From: a virus | Lineage: Duplodnaviria > Caudoviricetes | Virus record (IMG/VR): IMGVR_UViG_3300006099_000008 | Span: 1,219-65,218 of that record | Strand: one strand, 5' to 3' | Length of the DNA stretch: 64,000 nt | In this document: positions 18,001-28,048 of the stretch, one piece after another | Layout: each line of letters starts with the position of its first letter | Numbering within the stretch: the stretch's first letter is position 1 | Program-made: the position numbers and the translations under genes | Notes under the pieces: generated by a model | Database searches by the model: none | What the model was told of the DNA's origin: nothing | The model's input: only the letters and a program-made list of their open reading frames with translations

Positions 18001-21000
18001 TTGGCGTGCTTTTGGCCGAGGTGGCGCTGTTTTTAAGAATGTCTAAGTTCAGCGGCAAAGCGGTTTCGACCGCCGCCGGAATAGTCGTGTTGTCGGTTGC
18101 TATTGGCCGTTTGGCTGTTGTATGCGGGACCTTTGCGCAAATGCGATGGGAAGAGCTTGGAAAGGGTCTTACGGCCATAGGCGCTCTGTTGGCTGAAATT
18201 TCAGTTTTTACAAGAGCTACTGGAAACGCGAAGCATGTTATTTCCACAGGAGCGGCGCTTTTAATAATCGCACAGGCCATGAAAACGTTCGTTGACGTTA
18301 TAAACCGCCTTGACGACACGCAATGGAACGACATAGCAAAAGGGCTCGCCGTTATAGGAGGGGTTTTAGCTTCTATAGCCGTTTCTTCGAAAGTTATGCC
18401 TAAAAACATGATTGGGATTAGTTTAGGCTTAATAGGCGTTGGAGCGGCGCTTGAAATATTGGCCAACGTCATGCAAAGAATAAACCAAATGGAGCCTGAA
18501 CAGATAGAAAAGGCTTTGATAACTATCGGTGTGGCTCTTGTGGAGTTTGCGGTTGCGCTCAACCTTATGAAAGGAACGCTTTCAGGCTCGGCGGCGTTAA
18601 CTGTCGCCTCATTAGCAATCGCCATGCTTACGCCATCGCTTATCGCCCTGGGGAGGCTTGGCTGGGAGGACATTGCCAAAGGGCTTATAGCTGTTGCCGG
18701 AGCTTTTACCGTTATAGGAATAGCTGGAGCGGTTTTGACGCCCCTTGTTCCGGCTATTTTAGGTCTCGCAGGCTCTTTTGCTCTTATAGGGGTTGGCATT
18801 CTTGGCATTGGCGCGGGGCTTTTAGCCGCTTCCGCCGGTTTATCGGCGCTGGCCGTTGGGTTTGCAGCACTGGCGGCTTCGGGGGTGGCCGGAGCAACTG
18901 CGGTCGTCGCATCGTTAACGGTTATTATTACAGGCATAGCGGCGCTTATACCGGCGGTTATGGAAAAAATCGGAGAAGGAATAATCGCGCTTTGCAAGGT
19001 TATTGCGGAGGGAGCGCCGGCAATTGGAGAAGCGTGCAAAGCCATTGTGATTACATTTATTGACGTTCTTAGAGAATGCGTGCCCGAGATAGCAGACGGG
19101 GTGCTTTTTCTGCTGACGTCGGTATTATCTTCGGTTGTGGAATACACGCCTAAAATTGTGGACCTGCTTATGCAGTTTCTTATAAAAGTTCTTGACGGAA
19201 TTGCCGGAAGGCTCCCGGAACTGATACAATCGGCAGTTGGCGTGATAATGGCGTTTTTCTCCGGCGTTACGGAAGCATTAAGCGGAATAGACGTTGACAT
19301 TCTGCTGAAGGGCATTGTGGGAATAGGACTGATATCCGCTATTATGCTGGCATTAAATGCGGTGGCCTCTTTAGTTCCCGGTGCAATGGTTGGCGTTCTT
19401 GGAGCGGGTCTTATTATAGCAGAGATAGCGCTTGTTTTGGCGGCTGTCGGCGCTTTAGCGCAAATACCAGGGCTGAACTGGCTTATTGGTGAAGGCGGCA
19501 AGCTGCTGGAAAACGTCGGAGTCGCAATAGGCTCGTTTATTGGCGGAATAATCGGCGGGCTTGTTGGCGGCGTTACCGGGCAATTCCCACAAATAGCAAC
19601 CGATCTTTCGAATTTTATGAACAATATCCGGCCGTTTATAGAAGGAGCCGGAAAAATTGACGCCGCTTCCCTTGAGGGAGTCAGGGCGCTTGCGGAAACA
19701 ATACTTATACTAACCGCCGCGGACGTTTTACAGGGGCTTACGTCATGGCTTACCGGAGACAAAGCGTCAATGGCGGAATTTGGCTCGGAACTTGCGGCCT
19801 TTGGGCCATATTTCAATCAATACTACGAATCTGTTAAGGGGGTTAAAGGAGACGTTGTCCAGGCGTCGGCCAACGCGGCAAAAACTCTTGCCGAAATGGC
19901 GGCGATACTTCCAAACAGCGGCGGACTTGCCGGGTGGTTTGCCGGCGAAAACAGTTTATCGGCCTTTGCCGAAGAGCTTGTACTATTTGGGCCGAAGCTA
20001 AAGGAATACGCCGAAAGCGTATCGGGGCTGGACTCCAATGTGGTTGTTAACTCGGCCAACGCGGCGTCGGCCATGGCTGAAATGGCGGGGAAGCTCCCCA
20101 ACAGCGGAGGCGTTTTAGCCGAGTGGATTGGCGACAACACGCTCGCGAGTTTTGCAAACGAGTTGGCAACTTTTGGGCCAAAGCTAAAGGAATACGCCGA
20201 AAGTGTTTCGGGGCTTGACAAAGGAGTCGTTGAAAATTCCGCCGCCGCGGCGCTGACGTTGGCGGAGCTTTCGGACAAGCTGCCAAACAGCGGAGGGGCC
20301 GTAAGCTGGTTTACCGGAGACAACGACTTATCGACATTTGGCGAAAACCTTGTTTCATTCGGAGAAAACTTTGCCGGTTATTCCGCTTATATGGAGGGCG
20401 TTAAACCGGATATTTTAACGGCGACTACATCGGCTGTAAAGGCCATGATTGAAATTCAAAATGGCCTAAAGGAATCGGGAGGAATATTATCCGGAAATAC
20501 AGCGCTTTCGAAATTTGGCTATGACTTATCTTCCTTCGGGTACAGTTTAAGTCTTTACTACAGCTATATCGAAGCTGTTGATCCGACGCATTTAGCGGCT
20601 GTTACGACGGAAACGAACGGACTGGCCGCTATGATAAGAGGTTTGTCCGGGCTGGATACAGCAGGCGCCAGCTCATTTGGGAAAGCAATTGGCGATTTGG
20701 GAAGAAGCGGCGTTGACAAGTTTATAGAAGCCTTTGACGTCGCGGGAGCGCGGGCCGCCGAGGCCGCTTCCAAAATGCTTGCGGCGTTTGCCGAGTCGGC
20801 AAAAGAAAAAGCCAATAATTTATATCCAATCTTTGCTGGAATAGCCGAACATGCGGTTACGGCCATCGAAAGCAGATACAAGGACTTTACGGGCGCCGGA
20901 AGAGAATGCGTCGCCCAGTTTATTGCCGGGGTGAAAAGTCAGGAGGACAGCGCCAGGTCGGCGTTTAATTATAGCTTTAATGCCGTTACTGATGTTGTCG

Positions 21001-23669
21001 GACAGGAATTATATGACAAGTTTTATTCTTACGGCACATCGATAGCGGACAATTTTGCCAAAGGCATTGAAGACAACTCTCACAAGGTGCCGGAAGAGAT
21101 AGCAAAAGCCTTGGATAATGCTAAAAAAGCTATCGCCGATACATATTTCAGTTTCGCCGATAATGGCAGGGAAATTATAGGAGGATTTAAGAACGGGCTT
21201 GAATCTAAAGCTAACGACGTCAAGAAAGCCGGAACGGATATAGCCGGAAGCATAATATTGGCCATTGATGAAAAGAAGGCCGAGATTACACTGGCGGGGC
21301 AAAATATTGTTTCGGGGCTTGTAAACGGCGTGTCCAGCAAAATGCCTGATATTGTTTCGAAAGCGAGAAATTTGGCGACGACTGTTCTCAACACGATGAA
21401 AAGCGAGCTGGACATTCATTCGCCTTCAGGAGAAACCGAGGAACTGGGTGAATATACGGCAGAAGGCTATATTGAGGGAATTACAAAATCCACGCCCAAG
21501 GTTAAGGAAGCCGTTACCGACGCCATGATAGCAGGCGTGTTAAACCCTATGCGAGAGTCCATCGACAGCATATCGAAGGACACGTTGTTTGGCGCGGAAG
21601 CGGCCGACAAGCTGGCAAAGTCATACGCCGAGCTTATGGAGGAATTTGAAGACTCCGGCGGAATAAGAAAAGCCGACAAGCTGATATACGATTATGGAAG
21701 AAGTTTATACAGGGAGTCTAAGCAATACGAAAAGGACACTGAAAACATAGAGAAGCACCGGAAGAAATTAGAAGAGCTTATTGAAAAAAGAACGGAGCTT
21801 CAGGAACAGCTTGAGGAACAGAGCAAGAAGAATACAAAAGAGTCCAAAAAGAAAGTAAAGACTATAGAAAACAATCTTGAGAAGCTTAAGGATTCCATTT
21901 CCGATGCATACGAAACGATAAAAGCCGATGAAGATTCTATGGTTGAGCATATGAAGGAAACGTATTCCGAGTTCAGGAGCACGTTGAGCGACACCATAAG
22001 CGAGTCTATAGATCCGCTTAAAGCGAGCCTTGACAACAGAGTTGAACTGCTGAAATCCGGGCTTGACGAGGAAATAGACATATTCGGAAAATTTGAAAAG
22101 GACGCCGATGTTACGGCGGAAGGTATTCTTTCCAATATGAAAACCCAATTGGAGGGAATTTCCGAATGGAGGGAAAATTTAAACAAGCTGTCCGGAAAAG
22201 GGCTTGACCGAGGTTTGCTTGACAGCCTGGCCGAAATGGGAACCTCCGGAGCCGGGTATGTCGAGGCATTTCTTTCTATGACACAAAGGGAGATAGAGCT
22301 GGCCAACGAAAACTTTCAAAACACAGCCGTTCTTTCAAACGAGATAACCACGCAGCAGATACTTGACAGCATGGAAGCGCAGGTTACGGGCGTAAAGGAA
22401 TGGAACGACAGCTTAAACCAGCTTTCACAAAAAGGCTTTGCCAACGGAATTATAGAACAGCTGAAGGAGCTTGGAACATCAGGCGCAGGCTATGTGCGGG
22501 CCTTTATGAGTATGACCGGCGAGGAAATGCAGAGAGCCAACGCGGCTTTTCGATCCTCATCGAGGCTTACGTCACAGGCGCTTCTTTCTAATTTCGAGGC
22601 AGCTCTGCAATCCACGAAGGACTGGATAAGCAACATACAGCAGCTGGCGAATACAGGCTTAAACAAAGGAATAGTCGACGCTCTTGGGAAAATGGGCGTT
22701 TCGGGAGCCGAATACGTAAACGCGTTTTTAAGCATGACGGCCGAAGAAATAGAGCGGTTTAATGAAAATTATGCCGAATATCTTTCCTTTCCCGACGACG
22801 CGGCGGACACGCTGATAGCCTCTTTCGCTTCGTCCGGAGTTGAGGGAGCGGAGTCGCTCGCGATTGTTCTTGGCGGGGCTATGGAAGAAACAAACGAAAC
22901 GACCGGGGAAAAGGCAACTGAAATAGGAACGGCGGTTGTTACAAATCTCGGAGCTGCTATAGAAAACGGAGGAGATGATTTAGCTGAAAAATCCATGGAG
23001 GCTGGAAGGATTGTTTATGAAGGCATAAACGAGTACGTATCCGAGTCAAAAGGAAGATACCTTGCGATAATGATGTGCGAGGGCATAATAAACGGCATGG
23101 AAAACGAAAAAAGCAATGTTATGCAGATAGCAAGACAAGTGGCCTATGAAGCGTATTTAGCGGCCTGTCAGGAACTGGGAATTGCTTCGCCTTCTAAAAT
23201 GTTTGAGAAAATAGGAGAGTTCTCTATTGCCGGACTGGTTAAAGGACTGTCGCAAAACACCGGAAGGGTTATAAGCGCGGCTGCAAATGTTGGGCGAAGC
23301 GCTATAGATGGTCTTAACTACGTTATAATGAAAATTTCAAGCGCTCTTGACGATAAAATGGACTTTCAGCCGGCAATACGTCCGGTGCTTGATCTCACGG
23401 AGGTTGAAGACGGGGCCAAAAGACTAAGCGACTTATTTATTAATGGCGACAAAATTAAGCTTGACACGTTTAATCATAGAGCCGCTTTTATATCCGCCGA
23501 CTTTTTGGAATCTTCCGCGCGTTCAAGGCGGCCAGGAAACGAGGAACATACGTCGGTATTCAATTTTGAACAAAATAATTATTCGCCTAAATCTTTGTCC
23601 AGAATTGATATTTACAGACAAACGAAAAATCTGTTTTCTATGGCGAAAGGGGTGAATGCTAAAGCATGA
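15096..23669 (+). CDS. tape measure protein (2,857 aa from ATG 15096)
   Basis: Very long Ala/Gly-rich helical protein with a tape-measure domain near the N-terminus, hydrophobic repeats and internal repeats; GGAGGT RBS. Confidence 0.92.
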   Translation: MSREIDERIVEMRFDNRQFESNVQTSLSTLENLKQSLKMDGASKGLENVGAAAKDCDMSPLTKSVETVRMKFSALEVIAVTALANITNSVINAGKQLAKTFAIDPIVDGFKEYELKMGSIQTMMMGSGASLSEVNGYLDELNTYADKTIYSFADMTSNIGKFTNAGVSLKDSVLAIQGVSNAAAVSGANANEASRAMYNFAQALSAGYVKLIDWKSIENANMATVEFKTQLLEAAVAAGTVARTSGGMYKVLTKNNMGSTMGEAIDATHSFNDSLQHQWLTTEVLVNTLRDYADETTEIGKKAFAAAQDVKTFSQLMDTLKEAVGSGWAMTWEVLFGDFNEAKELWTGISNVVGGFIDSQSQARNDLLKAGLSSGWKQFLDQGISDSKAYEDIIVSVAKEHGVAIEDMLKECGNFEKTLKQGWLTSDILSESLTRLTDKTRGLSDEELEAAGYTRKQAEELEKLEASVKDGSVSIEEFTEKINRASGRENVIEGLKNTFEGLISVVSPIKNAFNEIFPPATAEQLYILTERFREFTSKLKLGKETAENLKNTFKGVFAVLDILGRAFSSLFNFLPSSFGVLGTLSGGFLGVTGAIGQWLVKLDEAIKESDIFNKAVQGIITFINKAKNAIVDFAGNIKEKFGIPGFEEVKASFEEFIGNLKEKISIPAFEGFGAILDGLKKRIEQVKSVAGEMKAGLLDIFKGMGESVSNCNFVRILEAIWNAVKRIAGGITTEIGKLAGKLTDGISNADFSGLIDLLNGLSIGGIALGINRFFSAAKKAVDEGLDFKEQITDILDSVRGCFEAYQTQLKAGALLKIASAMGILAASILVISLIDSDKLNSSLGAMTVLFADLMASMAVFSKISGIIRGVFKSVFAMLGISAAVFILAGALKTIGDLDLDQIENGLIGIGGLTAIVVAAAKIMGTGTKAIIKGAAQMVIFSAALKILVTVCEDLSELDWEQLTKGLTGVGVLLAEVALFLRMSKFSGKAVSTAAGIVVLSVAIGRLAVVCGTFAQMRWEELGKGLTAIGALLAEISVFTRATGNAKHVISTGAALLIIAQAMKTFVDVINRLDDTQWNDIAKGLAVIGGVLASIAVSSKVMPKNMIGISLGLIGVGAALEILANVMQRINQMEPEQIEKALITIGVALVEFAVALNLMKGTLSGSAALTVASLAIAMLTPSLIALGRLGWEDIAKGLIAVAGAFTVIGIAGAVLTPLVPAILGLAGSFALIGVGILGIGAGLLAASAGLSALAVGFAALAASGVAGATAVVASLTVIITGIAALIPAVMEKIGEGIIALCKVIAEGAPAIGEACKAIVITFIDVLRECVPEIADGVLFLLTSVLSSVVEYTPKIVDLLMQFLIKVLDGIAGRLPELIQSAVGVIMAFFSGVTEALSGIDVDILLKGIVGIGLISAIMLALNAVASLVPGAMVGVLGAGLIIAEIALVLAAVGALAQIPGLNWLIGEGGKLLENVGVAIGSFIGGIIGGLVGGVTGQFPQIATDLSNFMNNIRPFIEGAGKIDAASLEGVRALAETILILTAADVLQGLTSWLTGDKASMAEFGSELAAFGPYFNQYYESVKGVKGDVVQASANAAKTLAEMAAILPNSGGLAGWFAGENSLSAFAEELVLFGPKLKEYAESVSGLDSNVVVNSANAASAMAEMAGKLPNSGGVLAEWIGDNTLASFANELATFGPKLKEYAESVSGLDKGVVENSAAAALTLAELSDKLPNSGGAVSWFTGDNDLSTFGENLVSFGENFAGYSAYMEGVKPDILTATTSAVKAMIEIQNGLKESGGILSGNTALSKFGYDLSSFGYSLSLYYSYIEAVDPTHLAAVTTETNGLAAMIRGLSGLDTAGASSFGKAIGDLGRSGVDKFIEAFDVAGARAAEAASKMLAAFAESAKEKANNLYPIFAGIAEHAVTAIESRYKDFTGAGRECVAQFIAGVKSQEDSARSAFNYSFNAVTDVVGQELYDKFYSYGTSIADNFAKGIEDNSHKVPEEIAKALDNAKKAIADTYFSFADNGREIIGGFKNGLESKANDVKKAGTDIAGSIILAIDEKKAEITLAGQNIVSGLVNGVSSKMPDIVSKARNLATTVLNTMKSELDIHSPSGETEELGEYTAEGYIEGITKSTPKVKEAVTDAMIAGVLNPMRESIDSISKDTLFGAEAADKLAKSYAELMEEFEDSGGIRKADKLIYDYGRSLYRESKQYEKDTENIEKHRKKLEELIEKRTELQEQLEEQSKKNTKESKKKVKTIENNLEKLKDSISDAYETIKADEDSMVEHMKETYSEFRSTLSDTISESIDPLKASLDNRVELLKSGLDEEIDIFGKFEKDADVTAEGILSNMKTQLEGISEWRENLNKLSGKGLDRGLLDSLAEMGTSGAGYVEAFLSMTQREIELANENFQNTAVLSNEITTQQILDSMEAQVTGVKEWNDSLNQLSQKGFANGIIEQLKELGTSGAGYVRAFMSMTGEEMQRANAAFRSSSRLTSQALLSNFEAALQSTKDWISNIQQLANTGLNKGIVDALGKMGVSGAEYVNAFLSMTAEEIERFNENYAEYLSFPDDAADTLIASFASSGVEGAESLAIVLGGAMEETNETTGEKATEIGTAVVTNLGAAIENGGDDLAEKSMEAGRIVYEGINEYVSESKGRYLAIMMCEGIINGMENEKSNVMQIARQVAYEAYLAACQELGIASPSKMFEKIGEFSIAGLVKGLSQNTGRVISAAANVGRSAIDGLNYVIMKISSALDDKMDFQPAIRPVLDLTEVEDGAKRLSDLFINGDKIKLDTFNHRAAFISADFLESSARSRRPGNEEHTSVFNFEQNNYSPKSLSRIDIYRQTKNLFSMAKGVNAKA

Positions 23670-24568
23670 TTAAGTCTATAAAAGCGACTAATTATCTGAA
23701 CAACAGCGTGACGTTAAGCTTGGCAAATCCTTGGGAAACGGGAATTATTGTCCGGGAAATAACCGGCATTGGGCCTGCAAAGGCAGACATAAATATGACT
23801 GACATTTCCTTTTCAGACGGTGCGGCATACAATTCATCAAGGCTAAGCGCAAGAAATATTGTTTTTCGTTTTGAGCTTTTGCCAAACGACACAGTTGAGG
23901 ATACGAGGCTTATGACGTATACATATTTTCCTGTTAAGAGGAAGGTGACGCTGGAGTTTGAAACCGAAAACCGAAAGGCTGAGATCGAAGGATATGTGGA
24001 GTCCAATGAGCCGGATATATTTTCACAAAATGAAAGCTGTCAAATTTCAATTATATGCCCTGATCCATATTTTTACGGAGACGAAAAAACAACGGCGTTC
24101 AGCGGCGTTATTCCTATGTTTGAGTTTCCATTTTCCAACGAGCACATAACAAGCAAGCTCATTGAAATGGGGCGCATTCTAAGAAAAACGGCCATACCCG
24201 TTCCATATGAGGGAGACGCCGAAACCGGCATTACCATACACATAGCCGCCGTTGGCGAGGTCCGGAATTTGACGATATACAACACAGTTACGAAAGGGTC
24301 TTTTGCCATCAATACGAAACGTCTTGAGGCTATGACCGGCTCGGTTATCACAGACGGAGACGAGATAACGATTGTTACATACAAGGGGCGGAAATCCATT
24401 ACGCTTTTGAGAGGCGGAAAGAAGACGAATATATTGAACTGCATTGGAACAAACGCGGAATGGTTTCAGCTTAAGCATGGAGACAATTATTTTGCCTTTG
24501 AGGCCGACGCCGGAGAATCAAACCTGATTTTTGAAATATCAAACAGACTGGTTTATGAGGGGATATAG
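23666..24568 (+). CDS. distal tail protein (Dit-like)
   Basis: Follows the TMP; ITGIGPAKADIN..  IEGYVESNEPDIFS..CPDPYFY pattern. Confidence 0.75.
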   Translation: MIKSIKATNYLNNSVTLSLANPWETGIIVREITGIGPAKADINMTDISFSDGAAYNSSRLSARNIVFRFELLPNDTVEDTRLMTYTYFPVKRKVTLEFETENRKAEIEGYVESNEPDIFSQNESCQISIICPDPYFYGDEKTTAFSGVIPMFEFPFSNEHITSKLIEMGRILRKTAIPVPYEGDAETGITIHIAAVGEVRNLTIYNTVTKGSFAINTKRLEAMTGSVITDGDEITIVTYKGRKSITLLRGGKKTNILNCIGTNAEWFQLKHGDNYFAFEADAGESNLIFEISNRLVYEGI

Positions 24569-24570
24569 CC

Positions 24571-25638
24571 ATGGAAATATATGTTATGAACGACAAATTT
24601 GACATGATATGCGTTTTGGACACATTTATTTCTTTTATATGGACAGACCGCTACTGCGGGTATGGCGATTTTGAACTGTATACCAAGGCTGGCTCGGGCA
24701 TATTGGAAAGTGTTAAGAACGGATATTATTTGTTTAACAGAGATTCGGAGCATGTTATGGTTGTAGAAAGCATAGAGCTTGAAACCGATATTGAAGAGGG
24801 CGACAATGTTAAAATAACAGGACGGTCGCTGGAAAGCATACTCGACCGAAGGATCGTTTGGCCCTCGGCCGTTATAAGCGGTAATCTCCAGGACTGTATT
24901 AAAAAGCTGATAAACGACAGCTTTATATCCCCATCCATTGCCGAAAGAAGAATTGAAAACTTTATATTCAGGGATTCGTCTGACAAGAATGTTACCAGGC
25001 TGACTGTGGAGGAAACGGAATACAACGGGGACAGCATATATGACGTTATTGCCGGCCTATGCCAGGGCAATGGGATTGGGTTTAAAATTACTTTTGACGA
25101 CAGCTTACGATTTGTATTTTCGCTTTATGCCGGAGCGGATCGTTCGTATTCACAAAGTGAAAATCCATATGTAACATTTTCGCCGGAATTTGACAATCTC
25201 ATAAACAGCAATTACATTGAGTCCAAGCAGGAATATAAAAACGTTGTGCTGGTGGCCGGGGAAAAAGACGAGAGTTCAAAGGCGGTAACTGCCCCGGCCG
25301 GCTCCGCCAGCGGGCTTGAAAGAAGAGAAATGTACATTGAAGCCTCCGATATTTCACACAAACGTGATGAAGGGCCTGATCTGAATGATGCCGAATACAA
25401 AAAGCTCCTGGTTCAAAGGGGCTTGGAAACGCTTAACGAATATGGCATAGCAAAAGCCTTTGACGGGGAATTTGACGCTTCACAGCTTTACACGTACAAC
25501 GAGGACTTTTTTATGGGAGATATCGTTCAGGTTTCGAACAAATATGGCATAACGGCTAAGGCCCGCATAACCGAGTTTATACATTCACAGGACACCAGCG
25601 GGCTTAGCGTTTATCCGGCTTTTTCAATACTAGAATAA
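24571..25638 (+). CDS. tail-tip / baseplate hub protein (Gp37-like)
   Basis: SFIWTDRY..YGDFELY, GLERREMYI, FFMGDIVQV patterns; position. Confidence 0.75.
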   Translation: MEIYVMNDKFDMICVLDTFISFIWTDRYCGYGDFELYTKAGSGILESVKNGYYLFNRDSEHVMVVESIELETDIEEGDNVKITGRSLESILDRRIVWPSAVISGNLQDCIKKLINDSFISPSIAERRIENFIFRDSSDKNVTRLTVEETEYNGDSIYDVIAGLCQGNGIGFKITFDDSLRFVFSLYAGADRSYSQSENPYVTFSPEFDNLINSNYIESKQEYKNVVLVAGEKDESSKAVTAPAGSASGLERREMYIEASDISHKRDEGPDLNDAEYKKLLVQRGLETLNEYGIAKAFDGEFDASQLYTYNEDFFMGDIVQVSNKYGITAKARITEFIHSQDTSGLSVYPAFSILE

Positions 25639-25642
25639 GAAG

Positions 25643-26596
25643 GTGATATATTTGAGTGTAACATACGGATTTTATAACTCTGTTAACGGGGACCGGAAGT
25701 ATGACGCGATACAGGTGTCATCTATATTTGACGGAATAGTGAAGGACGGCATATTTATGTCTATAGGAACATCGTTCAGGGTTAAGGCGGCAAGCGGCAT
25801 GACCGTTAACGTTGGAGTTGGGCGGGCTTGGTTTAACCACACGTGGACATACAACAACGCCATACTTCCGCTGACACTGGGGGCGTCAAGCTCTACGGGG
25901 GACAGAATAGACTCAGTTATATTAGAGGTGAACGCCACAGAGTCGGTTAGGGTTAATTCGATTAAGGTGCTTAAAGGAACGGTTTCGTCTTCGCCAAAGG
26001 CCCCCACCCTAACGAACACAAGCACCGTTCACCAATACAGGCTTGCGAATATTTCGGTTAAGGCAAACGCGAAGGCAATCACACAGTCCATGATAACGGA
26101 TCTTGTTGGAACGGGAAGCGCGCCTTATATAACCGGCATACTGAAAACCGTCAACACTGACGATTTGATTGCGCAATGGCAAAGCGAGTGGGAGGAATAC
26201 ATACGGACACAGGAACAGGACAGCGCGCAATGGGTCGCCGACTTCGAAAACGACCTGGCGCTGTGGAAAACCGCGTTTGAAAGAACAAACAACACGTGGA
26301 GCAACACGCAGAAGGAAAATTTCAGAATATGGTTTGCCGGGATTCAGTCTGCCTTTGGAAGCGAGGACGTTGCCGGGGCGCTTCAGCTTGAAATTGACAG
26401 TTTGAAGTACCGGCAAAATACGTCGGTGACGTTTAACAGCAACGGCTCCATAACGGAAGTGAGCGACGCGGCGACTGTTAACACCGTTTTTAACAGCGAC
26501 GGGAGCATTACGGAGTCTTACCAGTACAAAAACGGCATAAGGAAAACAGTGAAAACTACATTTAGCGCGAACGGCGTGAATTATTCCGTTGAATAG
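25643..26596 (+). CDS. baseplate / tail fibre-associated protein
   Basis: YGFYNSVNGDRKYDA, GRAWFNHTW, RIDSVIL; C-terminal TxFNSxGSIT repeats. Confidence 0.65.
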   Translation: MIYLSVTYGFYNSVNGDRKYDAIQVSSIFDGIVKDGIFMSIGTSFRVKAASGMTVNVGVGRAWFNHTWTYNNAILPLTLGASSSTGDRIDSVILEVNATESVRVNSIKVLKGTVSSSPKAPTLTNTSTVHQYRLANISVKANAKAITQSMITDLVGTGSAPYITGILKTVNTDDLIAQWQSEWEEYIRTQEQDSAQWVADFENDLALWKTAFERTNNTWSNTQKENFRIWFAGIQSAFGSEDVAGALQLEIDSLKYRQNTSVTFNSNGSITEVSDAATVNTVFNSDGSITESYQYKNGIRKTVKTTFSANGVNYSVE

Positions 26597-26610
26597 GAGG
26601 GGGAATATTT

Positions 26611-27180
26611 ATGGCTATATGGGCCGAGATAAAGAAGGCACTGAATAGTACACTGGGGACATCTGGGTTTAAGAGCCTTGATGTTTTGATAACTACAGCA
26701 CAGTCAGCTCTTGCTACAGCTATTTCAACAGTCAACACGACTGCGAACAATATAAAAACGTATACTGCCACCAATAACACGGCAAACAAAACCGGGATTT
26801 TGAGCCAAAAGTCGGCATATATAATTTCACTTCTTGAAAACACTACATATGGGTTAAATTCTATAAAAAACAAATCGGCTGTAAAAAGTATACAGACGGG
26901 TGTTACAACCAACTACCATTATGGCACCGATACAACCGACGCCATGTTTGATGCAGCGTTGAAAGTGACAATAAACTCTGTAAATACTGCAAAATGCCTT
27001 GTCTTTGTATCATCGTTAGAGAAATCTAATTTTGATGGATCGGGTACCGGTGTTTATTCGTATTATCTAAATGGAGCCGGACATTTGGATTCTTCAACAG
27101 TGCTTAGGATACTGCCTACAAGGACTCGTAATGGCGATTATTACTCAAAGGCTTTTTGGCAGGTAATCGAATTCTATTGA
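26611..27180 (+). CDS. tail fibre / receptor-binding-like protein
   Basis: Thr-rich; VKSIQTG and WQVIEFY C-terminal pattern; AT-richer codon use. Confidence 0.55.
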   Translation: MAIWAEIKKALNSTLGTSGFKSLDVLITTAQSALATAISTVNTTANNIKTYTATNNTANKTGILSQKSAYIISLLENTTYGLNSIKNKSAVKSIQTGVTTNYHYGTDTTDAMFDAALKVTINSVNTAKCLVFVSSLEKSNFDGSGTGVYSYYLNGAGHLDSSTVLRILPTRTRNGDYYSKAFWQVIEFY

Positions 27181-27199
27181 AGCCATATTTTAATAGGAG

Positions 27200-27550
27200 G
27201 TGAAAAGAATGGAAGAAAATATAGTTACTGAAAACGAAGAAAGTGTCGAAGCGTTTTATTATGCACAGCTAAATGAAGAAAACGTATGTGTTTGTCTAAG
27301 CAGTCTTTCAGGAGAAGTATCAAATGATAATATGATAAGGATCGACGGTTTTGACAGCGAACTGCTTGGGAAAAAATATAGCAACGGCAAATGGGTCGAA
27401 ATTTATCATGAAGATGAGCTATATGAACCGACTGAAAGCGAGATTCTACGGGCAGAAATACTGTTAAATCAGGCTGAGATAATGGCCAAGCAGAAAGAGC
27501 ATGATGAAGTTTTGGCTGAATTGCTTTTAGGACAGCAAGGGGGAATTTGA
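27200..27550 (+). CDS. tail fibre assembly chaperone-like protein
   Basis: YAQLNEENVC..LLGKKY.NGKW; precedes XkdX. Confidence 0.55.
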   Translation: MKRMEENIVTENEESVEAFYYAQLNEENVCVCLSSLSGEVSNDNMIRIDGFDSELLGKKYSNGKWVEIYHEDELYEPTESEILRAEILLNQAEIMAKQKEHDEVLAELLLGQQGGI

Positions 27551-27551
27551 T

Positions 27552-27677
27552 ATGTTTAAAATTGTGAAAAGATTTTATGATGCTGGAATATACAACGACG
27601 ACAACGTTCGGAAATTTGTTTTAAGCGGAAAAATTACAGCAGAGCAGTACAAGGAAATTACGGGAAGTGAATACTGA
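27552..27677 (+). CDS. xkdX: XkdX-family small protein (41 aa, not in the ORF track)
   Basis: MFKIVKRFYDAGIY..V..FV..GKITAEQYKEITG.EY is the typical XkdX pattern. Confidence 0.8.
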   Translation: MFKIVKRFYDAGIYNDDNVRKFVLSGKITAEQYKEITGSEY

Positions 27678-27704
27678 GCGCTGCGGGAAACAGGGTGATT
27701 ATGT

Positions 27705-28034
27705 ATGGCTGTGAATAAAGTGGTATACAACAAAAAAACATTGATTGATTTAACGGCTGATACGGTTAACGCCGATTCGCTGCTGTATGGTAAAATTGCT
27801 CACACAGCCAGCGGTGAAAGGATAACGGGCGCTATGCGTGTTTATGAGGAATTTATTCCATTGACGGTTACGTTTGGAACGAACACTGTTACTGAGAAAA
27901 ACGGAACTAACACTATAACGACAACATTTAATTCAGACGGAACTGTTACGCAGGTTCGAAAAATCGATGGTACAACGAAAACTATAAAAACAACGTTTAA
28001 CAGCAATGGAAGCATAACAAACGCTGTTACTTAG
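27705..28034 (+). CDS. chimeric tail-tip protein
   Basis: N-terminus paralogous to 29020..29595; C-terminus paralogous to the end of 25643..26596. Confidence 0.6.
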   Translation: MAVNKVVYNKKTLIDLTADTVNADSLLYGKIAHTASGERITGAMRVYEEFIPLTVTFGTNTVTEKNGTNTITTTFNSDGTVTQVRKIDGTTKTIKTTFNSNGSITNAVT

Positions 28035-28048
28035 ATTTAAGAATTGAG

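Noticed and set aside
17795-19816. 673-aa minus-strand ORF and other long antisense ORFs over the TMP, capsid and replicase
   Set aside because: These are shadow frames produced by Ala/Gly/Leu-rich codon use on the plus strand; they have no RBS or recognisable motifs.
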